From the IMG/VR virus record IMGVR_UViG_3300024270_000055: a stretch of DNA of 20,000 nucleotides; one strand, 5' to 3'. The notes beneath the pieces are model-generated. The model ran no database searches. It had not been told where the DNA came from and was given only the letters and a program-made list of their open reading frames with translations. Each line of letters starts with the position of its first letter. Positions within the stretch are counted from its first letter, which is position 1. Both the position numbers and the translations under genes were made by a program. This document shows positions 1 through 8,424 of this stretch, in pieces. Source of the stretch: an uncultured virus (IMG/VR IMGVR_UViG_3300024270_000055) (taxonomy: Duplodnaviria > Heunggongvirae > Uroviricota > Caudoviricetes).

Positions 1-2
1 AT

Positions 3-173
3 GATTATACCACAATATTCCATACAGACAAAGGTGTATTCGTAAGATGCGGATGCTTCAAAGGGACATTGGATGAGTTCGAGTCAAAGGTTAAACAAAC
101 TCATAATGGAAGTAAGCATGAGAAGGATTACCTCGCACTAATCCAGTTCGTCAAGATTAAGTTTGAGTTATGA
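3..173 (+). CDS. C-terminal part of a phage protein (truncated by window edge), probably hexapeptide/beta-helix repeat family
   Basis: Frame 3 reads DYTTIFHTDKGVFVRCGCFKGTLDEFESKVKQTHNGSKHEKDYLALIQFVKIKFEL*; the VxCGCFxG..EF...V..TH pattern is a tail I recognise from phage beta-helix repeat proteins. Confidence 0.6.
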   Translation, partial: DYTTIFHTDKGVFVRCGCFKGTLDEFESKVKQTHNGSKHEKDYLALIQFVKIKFEL

Positions 174-306
174 TAGACGATTACCAACCAAGCGAAAGCC
201 TCTTAGACGGGGATTTTAGCTGCGAAACTACGGAGGAGGAAATATAATGGAGGTATTGAGTATTATATCGTGCATATTGGTTTTCTTTGTTTGCATCTTG
301 ATTTAC

Positions 307-702
307 CTACTTCCTATTATATGCAACAAAACAGATAATTCCAAAGATAATGTTTGTAACGACAATAGAGAAACTCAATAAGTTATACCCCAAATCATGC
401 AAATATGGTATGGGTATAAGAGTAGATGATATTGCTATTGTCGGCAATATGAGCATCATTTTAGTTATTCTATCGTTGAAACCGCATTTTTGTAATGGGA
501 TAGCATGTGCTATAAATGATAGATACACGCACCCTATACTAAATGCTGAAGTGAAAATCGTTTGGAGATGCATTTCTAGGTTTTTGAACTCCGGGATATA
601 AAAGTAAAGCAATGTAAAGCATAACGGCAATAAAATACAGAAGCAAGAGAATATGTCCTTTTCTGATTTTGAGAACTCTTTTAGTATATTAAAGAAATCC
701 AT
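307..702 (-). CDS. 4-TM membrane protein, reverse-strand moron
   Basis: 131 aa, about four hydrophobic segments, AT-rich, opposite to flanking operon, own promoter at 728-735. Confidence 0.75.
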   Translation of the reverse strand: MDFFNILKEFSKSEKDIFSCFCILLPLCFTLLYFYIPEFKNLEMHLQTIFTSAFSIGCVYLSFIAHAIPLQKCGFNDRITKMMLILPTIAISSTLIPIPYLHDLGYNLLSFSIVVTNIIFGIICFVAYNRK

Positions 703-809
703 AACAATAAAAATTTTAGTGACATCGCAAAGTTATAAATAAATTCGGAGTGTTCGGCTAAACAATAAAAGTTTTAGTGACGCATTACTTCTATTAGGTC
801 GAACACTCC
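703..809. repeat. 21-bp direct repeat with the second copy inside an inverted repeat
   Basis: AACAATAAAARTTTTAGTGAC at 703-723 and 761-781 (20/21); GGAGTGTTCGGCTAA 747-761 pairs with TTAGGTCGAACACTCC 794-809. Confidence 0.9.
728..735 (-). promoter_or_regulatory. Bacteroidetes primary-sigma -7 element (TAACTTTG) for the moron
   Basis: Matches TAnnTTTG, 25 nt upstream of ATG at 702. Confidence 0.7.
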
Positions 810-826
810 ACTTTATATTGACGATT

Positions 827-1045
827 ATGAAAATAGAAACTAAGTACAATGTTGGTGACAAAGTATGGGTCATTAACGATACTCAGAAGGCAGTTAATGT
901 CCAAATTCAACACATAGACGTGGAGTTTCATTCAGCAACTCCCTTTGATGATGACATGTTAAGTATCACTTATGAGTTTGGATTTGGCAAAAGATGTGAA
1001 GGGTTTGTTTTCCCCACCAAAGAAGAATTACTTAAAAGTTTGTAG
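827..1045 (+). CDS. small phage protein (KIETKYNVGDKVW...FPTKEELLKSL family)
   Basis: ORF with termini typical of Bacteroidales phage early proteins. Confidence 0.8.
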   Translation: MKIETKYNVGDKVWVINDTQKAVNVQIQHIDVEFHSATPFDDDMLSITYEFGFGKRCEGFVFPTKEELLKSL

Positions 1046-1048
1046 AGT

Positions 1049-1153
1049 ATGAAAGAGATTTTTGAACTTATGAATGAATACCCTATAACTTCGAATTGTG
1101 CCTTAATCTTTATATCATTATTAATATGTGTCTTATCTGTAAGGAGGGATTGA
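1049..1153 (+). CDS. small single-TM peptide
   Basis: MKEIFELMNEYPITSNCALIFISLLICVLSVRRD*, fills the gap in the tight operon. Confidence 0.55.
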   Translation: MKEIFELMNEYPITSNCALIFISLLICVLSVRRD

Positions 1154-1154
1154 T

Positions 1155-1319
1155 ATGAACGAAGTAAGCATAATAATCAACGGAGTGAGGTATGATGCGG
1201 TGGAAGCAGCAGGATGTACTGAATGTGCGTTTTTTGAAAACTGCAAAGACCAATGTGTGTTTTTCGAATTGCCTCTTGATAAGGTTTTCAAGAAATCCGA
1301 TAAAAAGTTTGAGCCATGA
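1155..1319 (+). CDS. small Cys-rich phage protein
   Basis: MNEVSIIINGVRYDAVEAAGCTECAFFENCKDQC...; AAGGAGG upstream, ATGA overlap with next gene. Confidence 0.75.
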   Translation: MNEVSIIINGVRYDAVEAAGCTECAFFENCKDQCVFFELPLDKVFKKSDKKFEP

Positions 1320-1648
1320 GTAAAGATAAATGTTGCGGAAATTGCATGCACTTCAAGGATGAAGATGTAAGCGGTAAAGGATGGTGCGAAGAACAATCTT
1401 GGGTAACTGAATGTAGTAAGGTATGCAAATGCCATGAACCCGACCTTAACGGTTGGACTGAAATCACTCCCGACAATGTGGATGAGGTAAGAAATAACGA
1501 AAAGAATGCTGTAATAATGCACCCCAAAGAATGGAATGCCCCTGAGATTGTTTGTTTTATAACAGCAGAAAATCTATCCTTTTATTCGAGATGGGGAGGT
1601 TACTATTACTATGTCTTACCTAAATTAAAATTGGAGGAATCAAAATGA
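1316..1648 (+). CDS. hypothetical phage protein, N-terminal Cys cluster
   Basis: CCGNC..F......GWC........C..C..H motif; ATGA overlaps at both ends. Confidence 0.75.
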   Translation: MSKDKCCGNCMHFKDEDVSGKGWCEEQSWVTECSKVCKCHEPDLNGWTEITPDNVDEVRNNEKNAVIMHPKEWNAPEIVCFITAENLSFYSRWGGYYYYVLPKLKLEESK

Positions 1649-1827
1649 AAGTAAAGGATTTGATAGCAGAATTGAGAAAACTCGACCAAGAGAAAGGGAT
1701 TTGGTGTATCTATGACGGGTTTGCATTAGTAAACCTTGTCCCAGAAGGTGAAGTTGATGAATACGATGTGAGAAATTTCAAGAATGAAGGGATGGAATTA
1801 GGAGATTATGTAATAAATGCTGACTAA
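1645..1827 (+). CDS. hypothetical phage protein
   Basis: MKVKDLIAELRKLD N-terminus, coupled ORF. Confidence 0.75.
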   Translation: MKVKDLIAELRKLDQEKGIWCIYDGFALVNLVPEGEVDEYDVRNFKNEGMELGDYVINAD

Positions 1828-2056
1828 TATGGAATTATCCCCATTTGAAAAGAAATGCCTCGCACTCACCATTGGATTAGAGCATAGCGTATGCGATGGG
1901 AAGTATTGCGAAAGGAAGCTGACTTGTCTTCGATACATGCTTCATACGAAGGCGAGACTTGAAGAACGGGGTGGATGCTTGAGTTATATAGGTAAAACTT
2001 TTAATGATAACTGTTATTTGAAATATGGACAAGAAGACAAGCAAGAAAATAGATGA
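1817..2056 (+). CDS. hypothetical Cys-rich phage protein
   Basis: CDGKYCERKLTCLRY motif; start may be ATG at 1829. Confidence 0.7.
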   Translation: MLTNMELSPFEKKCLALTIGLEHSVCDGKYCERKLTCLRYMLHTKARLEERGGCLSYIGKTFNDNCYLKYGQEDKQENR

Positions 2057-2198
2057 TGCCGTATCTGAAATAAGGATAGCATTATACAATGCAACTTTGA
2101 AGATAACCGATGAAGTTCAACGGGAAATAGAAACAAGGCTTATACAGACCATCCACGACCGATGGGAGTATATGGAGAGAAAGAAAGAGAAGAAATGA
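2025..2198 (+). CDS. hypothetical protein (57 aa)
   Basis: MDKKTSKKIDDAVSEIRIALY...KKEKK*, fills operon gap, below ORF-track cutoff. Confidence 0.6.
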   Translation: MDKKTSKKIDDAVSEIRIALYNATLKITDEVQREIETRLIQTIHDRWEYMERKKEKK

Positions 2199-2270
2199 CA
2201 CTGACTGATATATTAACTATGCTCTTTGCGGTTGTAGGACTGCATGGGGAGATATTTAAAGGAGGATAAA

Positions 2271-2471
2271 ATGCGAGTAAATAAAATAATCCACAAAGCC
2301 GAAAGAGCCAACGATGAAGGCTATTGGCTTGTTTGGGCGCAGTGTCACATCAATGGGCAGTACAGGTATTGCACGTTGATATACGATACTTGGGAAGAAT
2401 CAAGGGCAGTCAAGGAAGGGCAGCTCTTGGATGTTGAGAAAACAAGATTCAGCATTAGGAGTTATGGATAG
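2271..2471 (+). CDS. hypothetical protein
   Basis: ATG at 2271 preceded by AAGGAGG. Confidence 0.7.
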   Translation: MRVNKIIHKAERANDEGYWLVWAQCHINGQYRYCTLIYDTWEESRAVKEGQLLDVEKTRFSIRSYG

Positions 2472-2679
2472 GAAACAAAAGCTGTTCAGTCTTCTTTACG
2501 AATGGACGATCGAAGAGAATTGCGACTACTGCAAGTATCTTAAATCGTTCCGTGACGAAGACAATCGACACCCTTGCAACAGGTGTGAGACTTACGATTT
2601 ATTCAAGTTGGACGATGCCTTGAAGAAGGAACTGGACGACAGAGTTAGACAAGTTATTAACACAGTTAAAGCTGAATGA
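2464..2679 (+). CDS. hypothetical protein with CxxC...CxxC
   Basis: CDYC...PCNRC; overlaps neighbours. Confidence 0.7.
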   Translation: MDRKQKLFSLLYEWTIEENCDYCKYLKSFRDEDNRHPCNRCETYDLFKLDDALKKELDDRVRQVINTVKAE

Positions 2680-2882
2680 TTATGAAACTATGGATAGCCC
2701 GTAATGAGGATTTAAGATTGCTTATATTCCCATGTAAGCCTAATGTGAATCTTAATAAAATAACGGATTTACATTATTGGACTTGCTATAATGCGATGGA
2801 AATTAGCCCAGATAGATTTCCCGAAGTAACCTTTGAGAATAGTCCACAAGAAGTTGAACTTAAATTGGTAAATGACTTATGA
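2676..2882 (+). CDS. hypothetical phage protein (KLWIARN...FPEVTFENSPQEVEL family)
   Basis: Recognisable Bacteroidales phage early-gene motif; ATGA overlaps. Confidence 0.8.
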   Translation: MIMKLWIARNEDLRLLIFPCKPNVNLNKITDLHYWTCYNAMEISPDRFPEVTFENSPQEVELKLVNDL

Positions 2883-3223
2883 CAAGAGAAGAAGAAATAA
2901 AACGGTACTGTGCAGACAACGGATTCCCTTATGGAGCTTGTAGCAGTATGTCAAGTCTTAAAGCTAATATAGCAACAGAGGCGATAAAGTGGGCGGATAA
3001 TCACCCAAACGGCAGTCTTATTAAATGGCAGACGGTAGAGCCGAAAGAAAGAGGAGTTTACCTTGTGACATATCAACTTGAACTTTCCCCATATACAACC
3101 GCACTTTTCTATATTGGTGGGGTATGGTTGAATGGAGATTGGTTGGAATGTCCTAAAAGAAACATTAAGGCTTGGTGTAAGCTAAGCGACATTGAACCTT
3201 ATAGAGAAAAGGAGGAAATATAA
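2879..3223 (+). CDS. hypothetical phage protein with DUF551-like C-terminal region
   Basis: KWQTVEPKERGVYLVT...IKAWCKL pattern. Confidence 0.7.
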   Translation: MTREEEIKRYCADNGFPYGACSSMSSLKANIATEAIKWADNHPNGSLIKWQTVEPKERGVYLVTYQLELSPYTTALFYIGGVWLNGDWLECPKRNIKAWCKLSDIEPYREKEEI

Positions 3224-3423
3224 TGAGTAAAGAGTTTGTTAGTATCGTTAAAGCAGAGAATCCGTTTTGGAATTGTGTATGTGCAAGAGTCCGTTCCACG
3301 GGGGTGATAATTATGGTAAGAAACATTCATGCATTTGAGCCTGATGTTGTTCCCGAATGGGTGCAGATTGGTGCAAACGGAATAGAACTTAGACATTTCA
3401 AGCACCATGAATTAGAATTCTAA
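3223..3423 (+). CDS. hypothetical protein
   Basis: TAATG overlap, AAGGAGG upstream. Confidence 0.65.
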   Translation: MSKEFVSIVKAENPFWNCVCARVRSTGVIIMVRNIHAFEPDVVPEWVQIGANGIELRHFKHHELEF

Positions 3424-3435
3424 GGAGGAAACGAA

Positions 3436-3591
3436 ATGAAAATGACTACAGCAGCAGTATTAATAGAATTGTTTAATTGTGCAACAATCTGTTTCGGTGT
3501 TTATATCACTGAGTGCGGATGGTGGTTGTTGTTATTGTGTCTTATGAAAGTTAGTATCAGAGATAAAGATGATAAGGAGGAACAACCATGA
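3436..3591 (+). CDS. small membrane peptide (51 aa)
   Basis: MKMTTAAVLIELFNCATICFGVYITECGWWLLLLCL...; TAAGGAGG upstream. Confidence 0.6.
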   Translation: MKMTTAAVLIELFNCATICFGVYITECGWWLLLLCLMKVSIRDKDDKEEQP

Positions 3592-3686
3592 TATGTATAG
3601 CATACGCAATATGCGCCACCTTGTAGTGTTCGCAATACTAGGCGTGGTAGCATTTGTGAAATTCGTTAAAACAATTTTTGGAAAGG

Positions 3687-3899
3687 ATGATGAACAATAA
3701 CGAAGACCCTCAGAAAGTCTATCTTATCGCAAAGATAGAAGAGCTTGAAAAGAGTTTGAAAACTGCATTAACTCAATCGGACGAAGCAATCAAGCTCGCC
3801 AAGATGTACAAGGAGAAGTACGATGACTTGGTAGAAGAAGTCGAGATGTTTAACATGATGCCTTGGTACGAAAGGCTAATACATAAATTTGAAGTATAA
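3687..3899 (+). CDS. coiled-coil hypothetical protein
   Basis: Heptad-like charged helix ending MPWYERL; TAATG overlap with next gene. Confidence 0.7.
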   Translation: MMNNNEDPQKVYLIAKIEELEKSLKTALTQSDEAIKLAKMYKEKYDDLVEEVEMFNMMPWYERLIHKFEV

Positions 3900-4489
3900 T
3901 GGTAGAGATAAGCAATGTAAGAGTTTATGATTTAAGGGAGAGTGTAATAAGTTCTAGGAACGCCATGCGGATTGCACCTCCACAATATACGGATGAAGAA
4001 TTTGAAGCTGCACTACCGAGAGCAATCAAATTAGCAAAACTCGGTGGAGGAAGCGGACATAGTAATTTCAGAAAGGGTATCCGTGTGTCATTCGACATCA
4101 AATACCCGAACTATTTCTCTCCAGAGTTGCAAAGATATGGCTTTGTTGATATTGTATGCTCGTCTAGTAAGATGCACAAGTTAACCTCAATGGATATGGA
4201 CGCTTGCTTCAACGAGTATGTCACCGATGACACGAAGACCTACATGAAGGTGCTTTTGCAGAGGTACAACCAAGACAAGTCATACGAAAATTGGATGACA
4301 CTTCTTTCAAATTGTCCTCTTGGTATAGAATTGTTCATGAGGTGTTCAACCAACTACGAACAGCTTGCAACGATTTATAAGCAAAGAAAGCATCACCGAC
4401 TGAAAGATGATTGGGGCGCATTTTGCAAATTTATTGAGTCTCTTCCTTATGCCAACGAATTAATACTTTGTAATTATGATAAACCTTAG
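3899..4489 (+). CDS. divergent ThyX-like (flavin-dependent thymidylate synthase fold) protein
   Basis: GHSNF, ELQRYG-x7-S (cf. RHR-x7-S) and NYEQL...YKQR line up in order with ThyX motifs; near dUTPase. Confidence 0.55.
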   Translation: MVEISNVRVYDLRESVISSRNAMRIAPPQYTDEEFEAALPRAIKLAKLGGGSGHSNFRKGIRVSFDIKYPNYFSPELQRYGFVDIVCSSSKMHKLTSMDMDACFNEYVTDDTKTYMKVLLQRYNQDKSYENWMTLLSNCPLGIELFMRCSTNYEQLATIYKQRKHHRLKDDWGAFCKFIESLPYANELILCNYDKP

Positions 4490-5525
4490 TACGCCGAATG
4501 AAGAACTCTTGAAAGAAATACAAGAGGATGAAATTAAGGCTGAATACTGGTTAAAGAAGAAGATTGGCGGAGAATGGAAACTTGAAGAATTAGGTCGATA
4601 TTTGTATTATAAGGCAAAGGTTTCAAATAAGATAGAATTCTCCGACAGTATTGAGTATATCTCGCCAAAAGGCAACAGATGGTTTTGTGGCATAAGCGTA
4701 GGTAGCATCAGTGGAAACGCCTACCCGTTTGTCCAACTGAATATGTTCGTTTACTACGAGACATACGGTAGCATCGGTGCTTTTATACCTACGGTTAGTT
4801 TGGGCGCAAATCTTAAATCATGTGTTATATTCACTTCGCACTTCTTCTACCAGTTTTGTGAACGTGCAAAGATTGCATTCAGAAGCAGGGAAATGATTAT
4901 GGCATTTAATAGACTCCTTCCCGTTATGACGTTCAAGATTGTGAAAGATAGGGGTAAAAAAGAAATCTTGTGCAGACTTCCCGGTGGAATAGGTTTCGGA
5001 GTACCTAGAAGCGAAGATACCTCCGTTGTAGAAATCAGAACCTACCTAACTGACCCCGAACTAAATGGAAGGCAAGGGCGTGTAAGCGAAGATTTGCGAA
5101 AGAGGAGTGACGATAAGACTGACGAATTTCTTGAACTCGCTCTCGGAGCTAATGTAATAGATATAGAGAAGGCTTTCAAGGCGATGAATTTAATGTGCAA
5201 AAATAATTTGATTAAAGAAGGTTACAAGGAAAGTCAAGCTGTAAACGTCTCGTCTGTATTGTCCATCGTGTATTGCGTATTCGTTTCTGTTGGATATGCA
5301 GGAAGAGTGGACTTCCAACAGCAACGTGAGCATTTCAAGATTAACGCAAAGGTAGTTCACGAAGCATTGCTTAATCCAGACCTAACCGATGACCAACTCT
5401 TTGAAATGCTGTTCACTGCTTGTGCAAAGAATTTAAAGATTGAAGATTTTGATTTAGAGATATGTATGAAGAATCTACATGACTCCGTAGATAAAATTAA
5501 GAAAAAGAAAAATTTGCAAGTATGA
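4476..5525 (+). CDS. hypothetical protein (349 aa)
   Basis: Long ORF coupled to both neighbours; FTSHFFYQFCER motif. Confidence 0.8.
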   Translation: MINLSTPNEELLKEIQEDEIKAEYWLKKKIGGEWKLEELGRYLYYKAKVSNKIEFSDSIEYISPKGNRWFCGISVGSISGNAYPFVQLNMFVYYETYGSIGAFIPTVSLGANLKSCVIFTSHFFYQFCERAKIAFRSREMIMAFNRLLPVMTFKIVKDRGKKEILCRLPGGIGFGVPRSEDTSVVEIRTYLTDPELNGRQGRVSEDLRKRSDDKTDEFLELALGANVIDIEKAFKAMNLMCKNNLIKEGYKESQAVNVSSVLSIVYCVFVSVGYAGRVDFQQQREHFKINAKVVHEALLNPDLTDDQLFEMLFTACAKNLKIEDFDLEICMKNLHDSVDKIKKKKNLQV

Positions 5526-6034
5526 AAGTTAGAATTAAGAAGTTACACAAGGATGCCGTTGTCCCTAGTTATGCACATAAGGGTGACGCTGGTATGGATT
5601 TGACAGCAATTGATTATTACTTTGACCTTGACGGGAATGTAGTTTACCACACGGGATTGGCAATCGAAATACCCGAAGGATATGTGGGTCTTGTATTCCC
5701 ACGCAGTTCAGTATGCAAGAATGACATTAGCCTTGCGAACGCTGTAGGGGTGATTGATTCGGGCTATCGTGGTGAAATCACGCTGAAGTTCAAGCCTACA
5801 TTGGTCTTTAATCCTAATGATGATACTGAATTTAAAGAAGGTAAATTCGATGTGCATAGCGGAGTGTCTATCCCTTATGATGAACGGATTCCTATTGAAC
5901 CTAGTTTCTATAAGACTGGTGAAAGAATCGGGCAGCTAATCATTATGCCTTATCATAAGATTGAGTTTGAAGAGGTGGAAGAACTAACCGAAACAGATAG
6001 GAACAATGGCGGATTCGGAAGCACAGGGAAGTAA
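5522..6034 (+). CDS. dut: trimeric dUTPase
   Basis: All five motifs: AGMDL, PRSS, GVIDSGYRGEI, ERIGQL, RNNGGFGSTG. Confidence 0.97.
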   Translation: MKVRIKKLHKDAVVPSYAHKGDAGMDLTAIDYYFDLDGNVVYHTGLAIEIPEGYVGLVFPRSSVCKNDISLANAVGVIDSGYRGEITLKFKPTLVFNPNDDTEFKEGKFDVHSGVSIPYDERIPIEPSFYKTGERIGQLIIMPYHKIEFEEVEELTETDRNNGGFGSTGK

Positions 6035-6323
6035 GAAATATGACGAAGGGAAATTGATGTGGCATCTTCTTCCATTGTCATTAATCAAGCCCGTAGTTGA
6101 GATATTCCAATACGGATTGAAGAAGTACAAGGAAGAAGGTTCTTGGAAGCGTCTTGACAATGGTTATATCCGTTATAGGGATGCTTTCTTCAGACATCTT
6201 GAACGACATGAAAGCGGAGAGTCAAAAGACCCCGAAAGCGGTTTCCCTCATATTCAGCATTGTGCTTGGAACGCACTTGCGATGATGTATTTTGCATTGA
6301 GAGATGAAAGAAAAGAAATGTAA
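6006..6323 (+). CDS. dATP/dGTP diphosphohydrolase-domain protein (DUF5664-like)
   Basis: KYDEGK..W.LLP, YGLKKY, W, Y.DA..RHL, DPESG.PH..H.AWN. Confidence 0.85.
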   Translation: MADSEAQGSKKYDEGKLMWHLLPLSLIKPVVEIFQYGLKKYKEEGSWKRLDNGYIRYRDAFFRHLERHESGESKDPESGFPHIQHCAWNALAMMYFALRDERKEM

Positions 6324-6795
6324 GCCCCCAAAGTCAAAGGTGGTTGTTATGGAAGTTCTCGACAAGCCTGTAGGATGGTTTGACAGCATCACCGATGCCG
6401 CAAGAAAGCTCGGCTACAACAAGGATTCCATTTCCAACCGAATAAAGAAAGACCTAGTTATATCGGGTGTAAGGATAAGATACCCTAAAGAGGGGGAGGA
6501 ATACACAAGCCTCCCCAACCTTTCCCCTCCAAAGGTTTACGGAAAAAGCGAAAGACCTAAAGGCAACAGAGGAGGAAAGAAGAAGGCTGAAAAGCCTAAG
6601 GAAGAGAAGAAGGAGGTATTCAAGGAACTCAACAGGGAGAAGTACAGCATCATCCCCTACGAAGTACGAAACGTCCTTCAATGTATCACTCCTTGCCCTT
6701 ATATGCTGTCACCGAAGATTATGGTCGGCAGCGTGAAATGCCAAAAATGCGGCTCGTTCAGGGGAAAAGACAAAAGGACGCATGAAGTGGCTTGA
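6304..6795 (+). CDS. NUMOD1-like HTH DNA-binding protein with C-terminal Cys cluster
   Basis: FDSITDAARKLGYNKDSISN; Lys-rich linker; CITPCP...VGSVKCQKC. Confidence 0.65.
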   Translation: MKEKKCKPPKSKVVVMEVLDKPVGWFDSITDAARKLGYNKDSISNRIKKDLVISGVRIRYPKEGEEYTSLPNLSPPKVYGKSERPKGNRGGKKKAEKPKEEKKEVFKELNREKYSIIPYEVRNVLQCITPCPYMLSPKIMVGSVKCQKCGSFRGKDKRTHEVA

Positions 6796-6825
6796 AATAG
6801 AAGTTATTACAAATGAAGTTTAGTT

Positions 6826-7419
6826 ATGGCACTTGAAGATATACTAACCAAGGAAGCGATAGAGGACATTTACAAGGATATATACGCTTCGAAGGAATAC
6901 AGGAAACTGGCTGACAAATATCAGTCTTTGAAAGCACAAGGGAACATCGCCCAAGCAGTCATCTATGCCAAGAAGATGAAGCAGTACGAGATTGGAGTTT
7001 TCGAAGGTATTGCAAGGAGATATGTAGACAGGCAGATGATGATGCAAGACTGGGTTTCGAGTATGACACCAGAGGACAGAACGAAGATGAACGTGTTGTC
7101 TTACGGTCTGTTCATGATGACCGATGTGTTTGAGATGTTCATTATGGACGTGAACACGATTGTGAAGAAGTATTCGGGAGGCAAGACACATGCCTTTGAC
7201 AAGTTAAACGAATCGTTGAAGGAATCAAAGAAGGTAATATCCAGCTTCGACGGGTGGGTAACTGACAACAAGGAATCAAAGATATTCGGTTCTGTGTCCG
7301 ATAACCTTTATGCGATGTTATATAACAAAGCCAATTCACTGGTTAATAAAATTAGGTCTTATGAGGAACAAGTTAAAAGAAAAGCTAAGAACGATGAACA
7401 GGTGGCGAAGGGGTGCTGA
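6826..7419 (+). CDS. hypothetical helical protein
   Basis: 197 aa ORF in operon. Confidence 0.8.
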   Translation: MALEDILTKEAIEDIYKDIYASKEYRKLADKYQSLKAQGNIAQAVIYAKKMKQYEIGVFEGIARRYVDRQMMMQDWVSSMTPEDRTKMNVLSYGLFMMTDVFEMFIMDVNTIVKKYSGGKTHAFDKLNESLKESKKVISSFDGWVTDNKESKIFGSVSDNLYAMLYNKANSLVNKIRSYEEQVKRKAKNDEQVAKGC

Positions 7420-7534
7420 CATCCCCATGCCCCTCACTCCTACCGAGTTTGGGAAAGCGATAGACGATTGCATCCTACTTCTTGAAAGAATGAGTGACGA
7501 ACAATTTAAAGAATTGATGAATGGAAATCTTTGA
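7361..7534 (+). CDS. small phage protein (NRWRRGADIPMP family)
   Basis: Motif recurrent in Bacteroidales phages; start uncertain. Confidence 0.6.
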   Translation: MRNKLKEKLRTMNRWRRGADIPMPLTPTEFGKAIDDCILLLERMSDEQFKELMNGNL

Positions 7535-7555
7535 TGTTAAATTGGAATTTCATGT

Positions 7556-7744
7556 ATGATTATAACAGAAGAAAATGAAGAGTTTTATCTCCAGGCATTG
7601 AGAGTTGACTTTCTTACGCAACGATGGGAGAGGGAGTGGTACGCTCTCGCTCTTATGAGTGCGGCAGCTTGGGGAGAGAAGATAGACAGACAAAACAAGG
7701 AGTACAAACGTACACATAGATTAATAGACAAATATAATGTTTAG
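7556..7744 (+). CDS. hypothetical protein
   Basis: 62 aa ORF ending 3 nt before ssb. Confidence 0.6.
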   Translation: MIITEENEEFYLQALRVDFLTQRWEREWYALALMSAAAWGEKIDRQNKEYKRTHRLIDKYNV

Positions 7745-7747
7745 ATT

Positions 7748-8158
7748 ATGCACAAGATTTTTTTAACAGGTAATGTGGGTCAAGACCCACAAGTAAAGAC
7801 CTTCGAAAACGGAGGTAAAGTAGCCAACTTCTCGGTAGCTGATACGGAAAGAGGCTACAAGACAAAGGATGGAAAGGAAATTCCAGACCACACCGAATGG
7901 TTCAGATGCGTAGTTCGTTCAAGTCTCGCAGATATTGTCGAGAAGTATCTGAAGAAGGGTATGCATGTTGAGATTATCGGTAAGCTCAGAACCCGTGAAT
8001 ATGAAAAGGACGGACAGAAGTATTCTACAACCGAACTTGTAGTTGAAGAGCTGAAGTTGCCGCCAAAGGGTGATTCCAATACTCAATCAGATACGAAGTC
8101 TGATTCTCAGTTTGTGACTCAAATCCAATCTGACGGCGGTTCGGATTTGCCTTTTTAG
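7748..8158 (+). CDS. ssb: single-stranded DNA-binding protein
   Basis: KIFLTGNVGQDP, VANFSVA, HTEWFR, GKLRTREY, acidic DLPF C-terminus. Confidence 0.97.
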   Translation: MHKIFLTGNVGQDPQVKTFENGGKVANFSVADTERGYKTKDGKEIPDHTEWFRCVVRSSLADIVEKYLKKGMHVEIIGKLRTREYEKDGQKYSTTELVVEELKLPPKGDSNTQSDTKSDSQFVTQIQSDGGSDLPF

Positions 8159-8161
8159 GCT

Positions 8162-8188
8162 AAAAAAGGGAGGTGCAATGCCTCCCTT
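8162..8188 (-). terminator. intrinsic terminator at convergence of the two transcription blocks
   Basis: AAGGGAGG/CCTCCCTT stem; U-tract on - strand; may also act on +. Confidence 0.8.
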
Positions 8189-8212
8189 CCAACTACTAAC
8201 CCTAAAAAACAA

Positions 8213-8422
8213 TCAATCACCAATATATCTTAATATGGGACATTCTCTCTTATACTCCTCAAGCGTGAGGACTTCTACTTCACCAACGATAACGTCTAGG
8301 TTAAGAACAATAGGGGCAAAAGAATAGCACACGAAGTCCTCGCCGTTGTTGATGAGAAAGTCGTTGCGCTCCTTCCATTTCAACACCCCGTTCTTATTGT
8401 CGAATTCTTTCCAAGTTGCCAT
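8213..8422 (-). CDS. small hypothetical protein, paralog of adjacent gene
   Basis: LKWK...F..YS...IVGEVEVLTLEEY. Confidence 0.7.
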   Translation of the reverse strand: MATWKEFDNKNGVLKWKERNDFLINNGEDFVCYSFAPIVLNLDVIVGEVEVLTLEEYKRECPILRYIGD

Positions 8423-8424
8423 AA

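Noticed and set aside
6006..6323. Z-genome (diaminopurine) system
   Set aside because: No purZ or datZ in window; this domain also occurs without them
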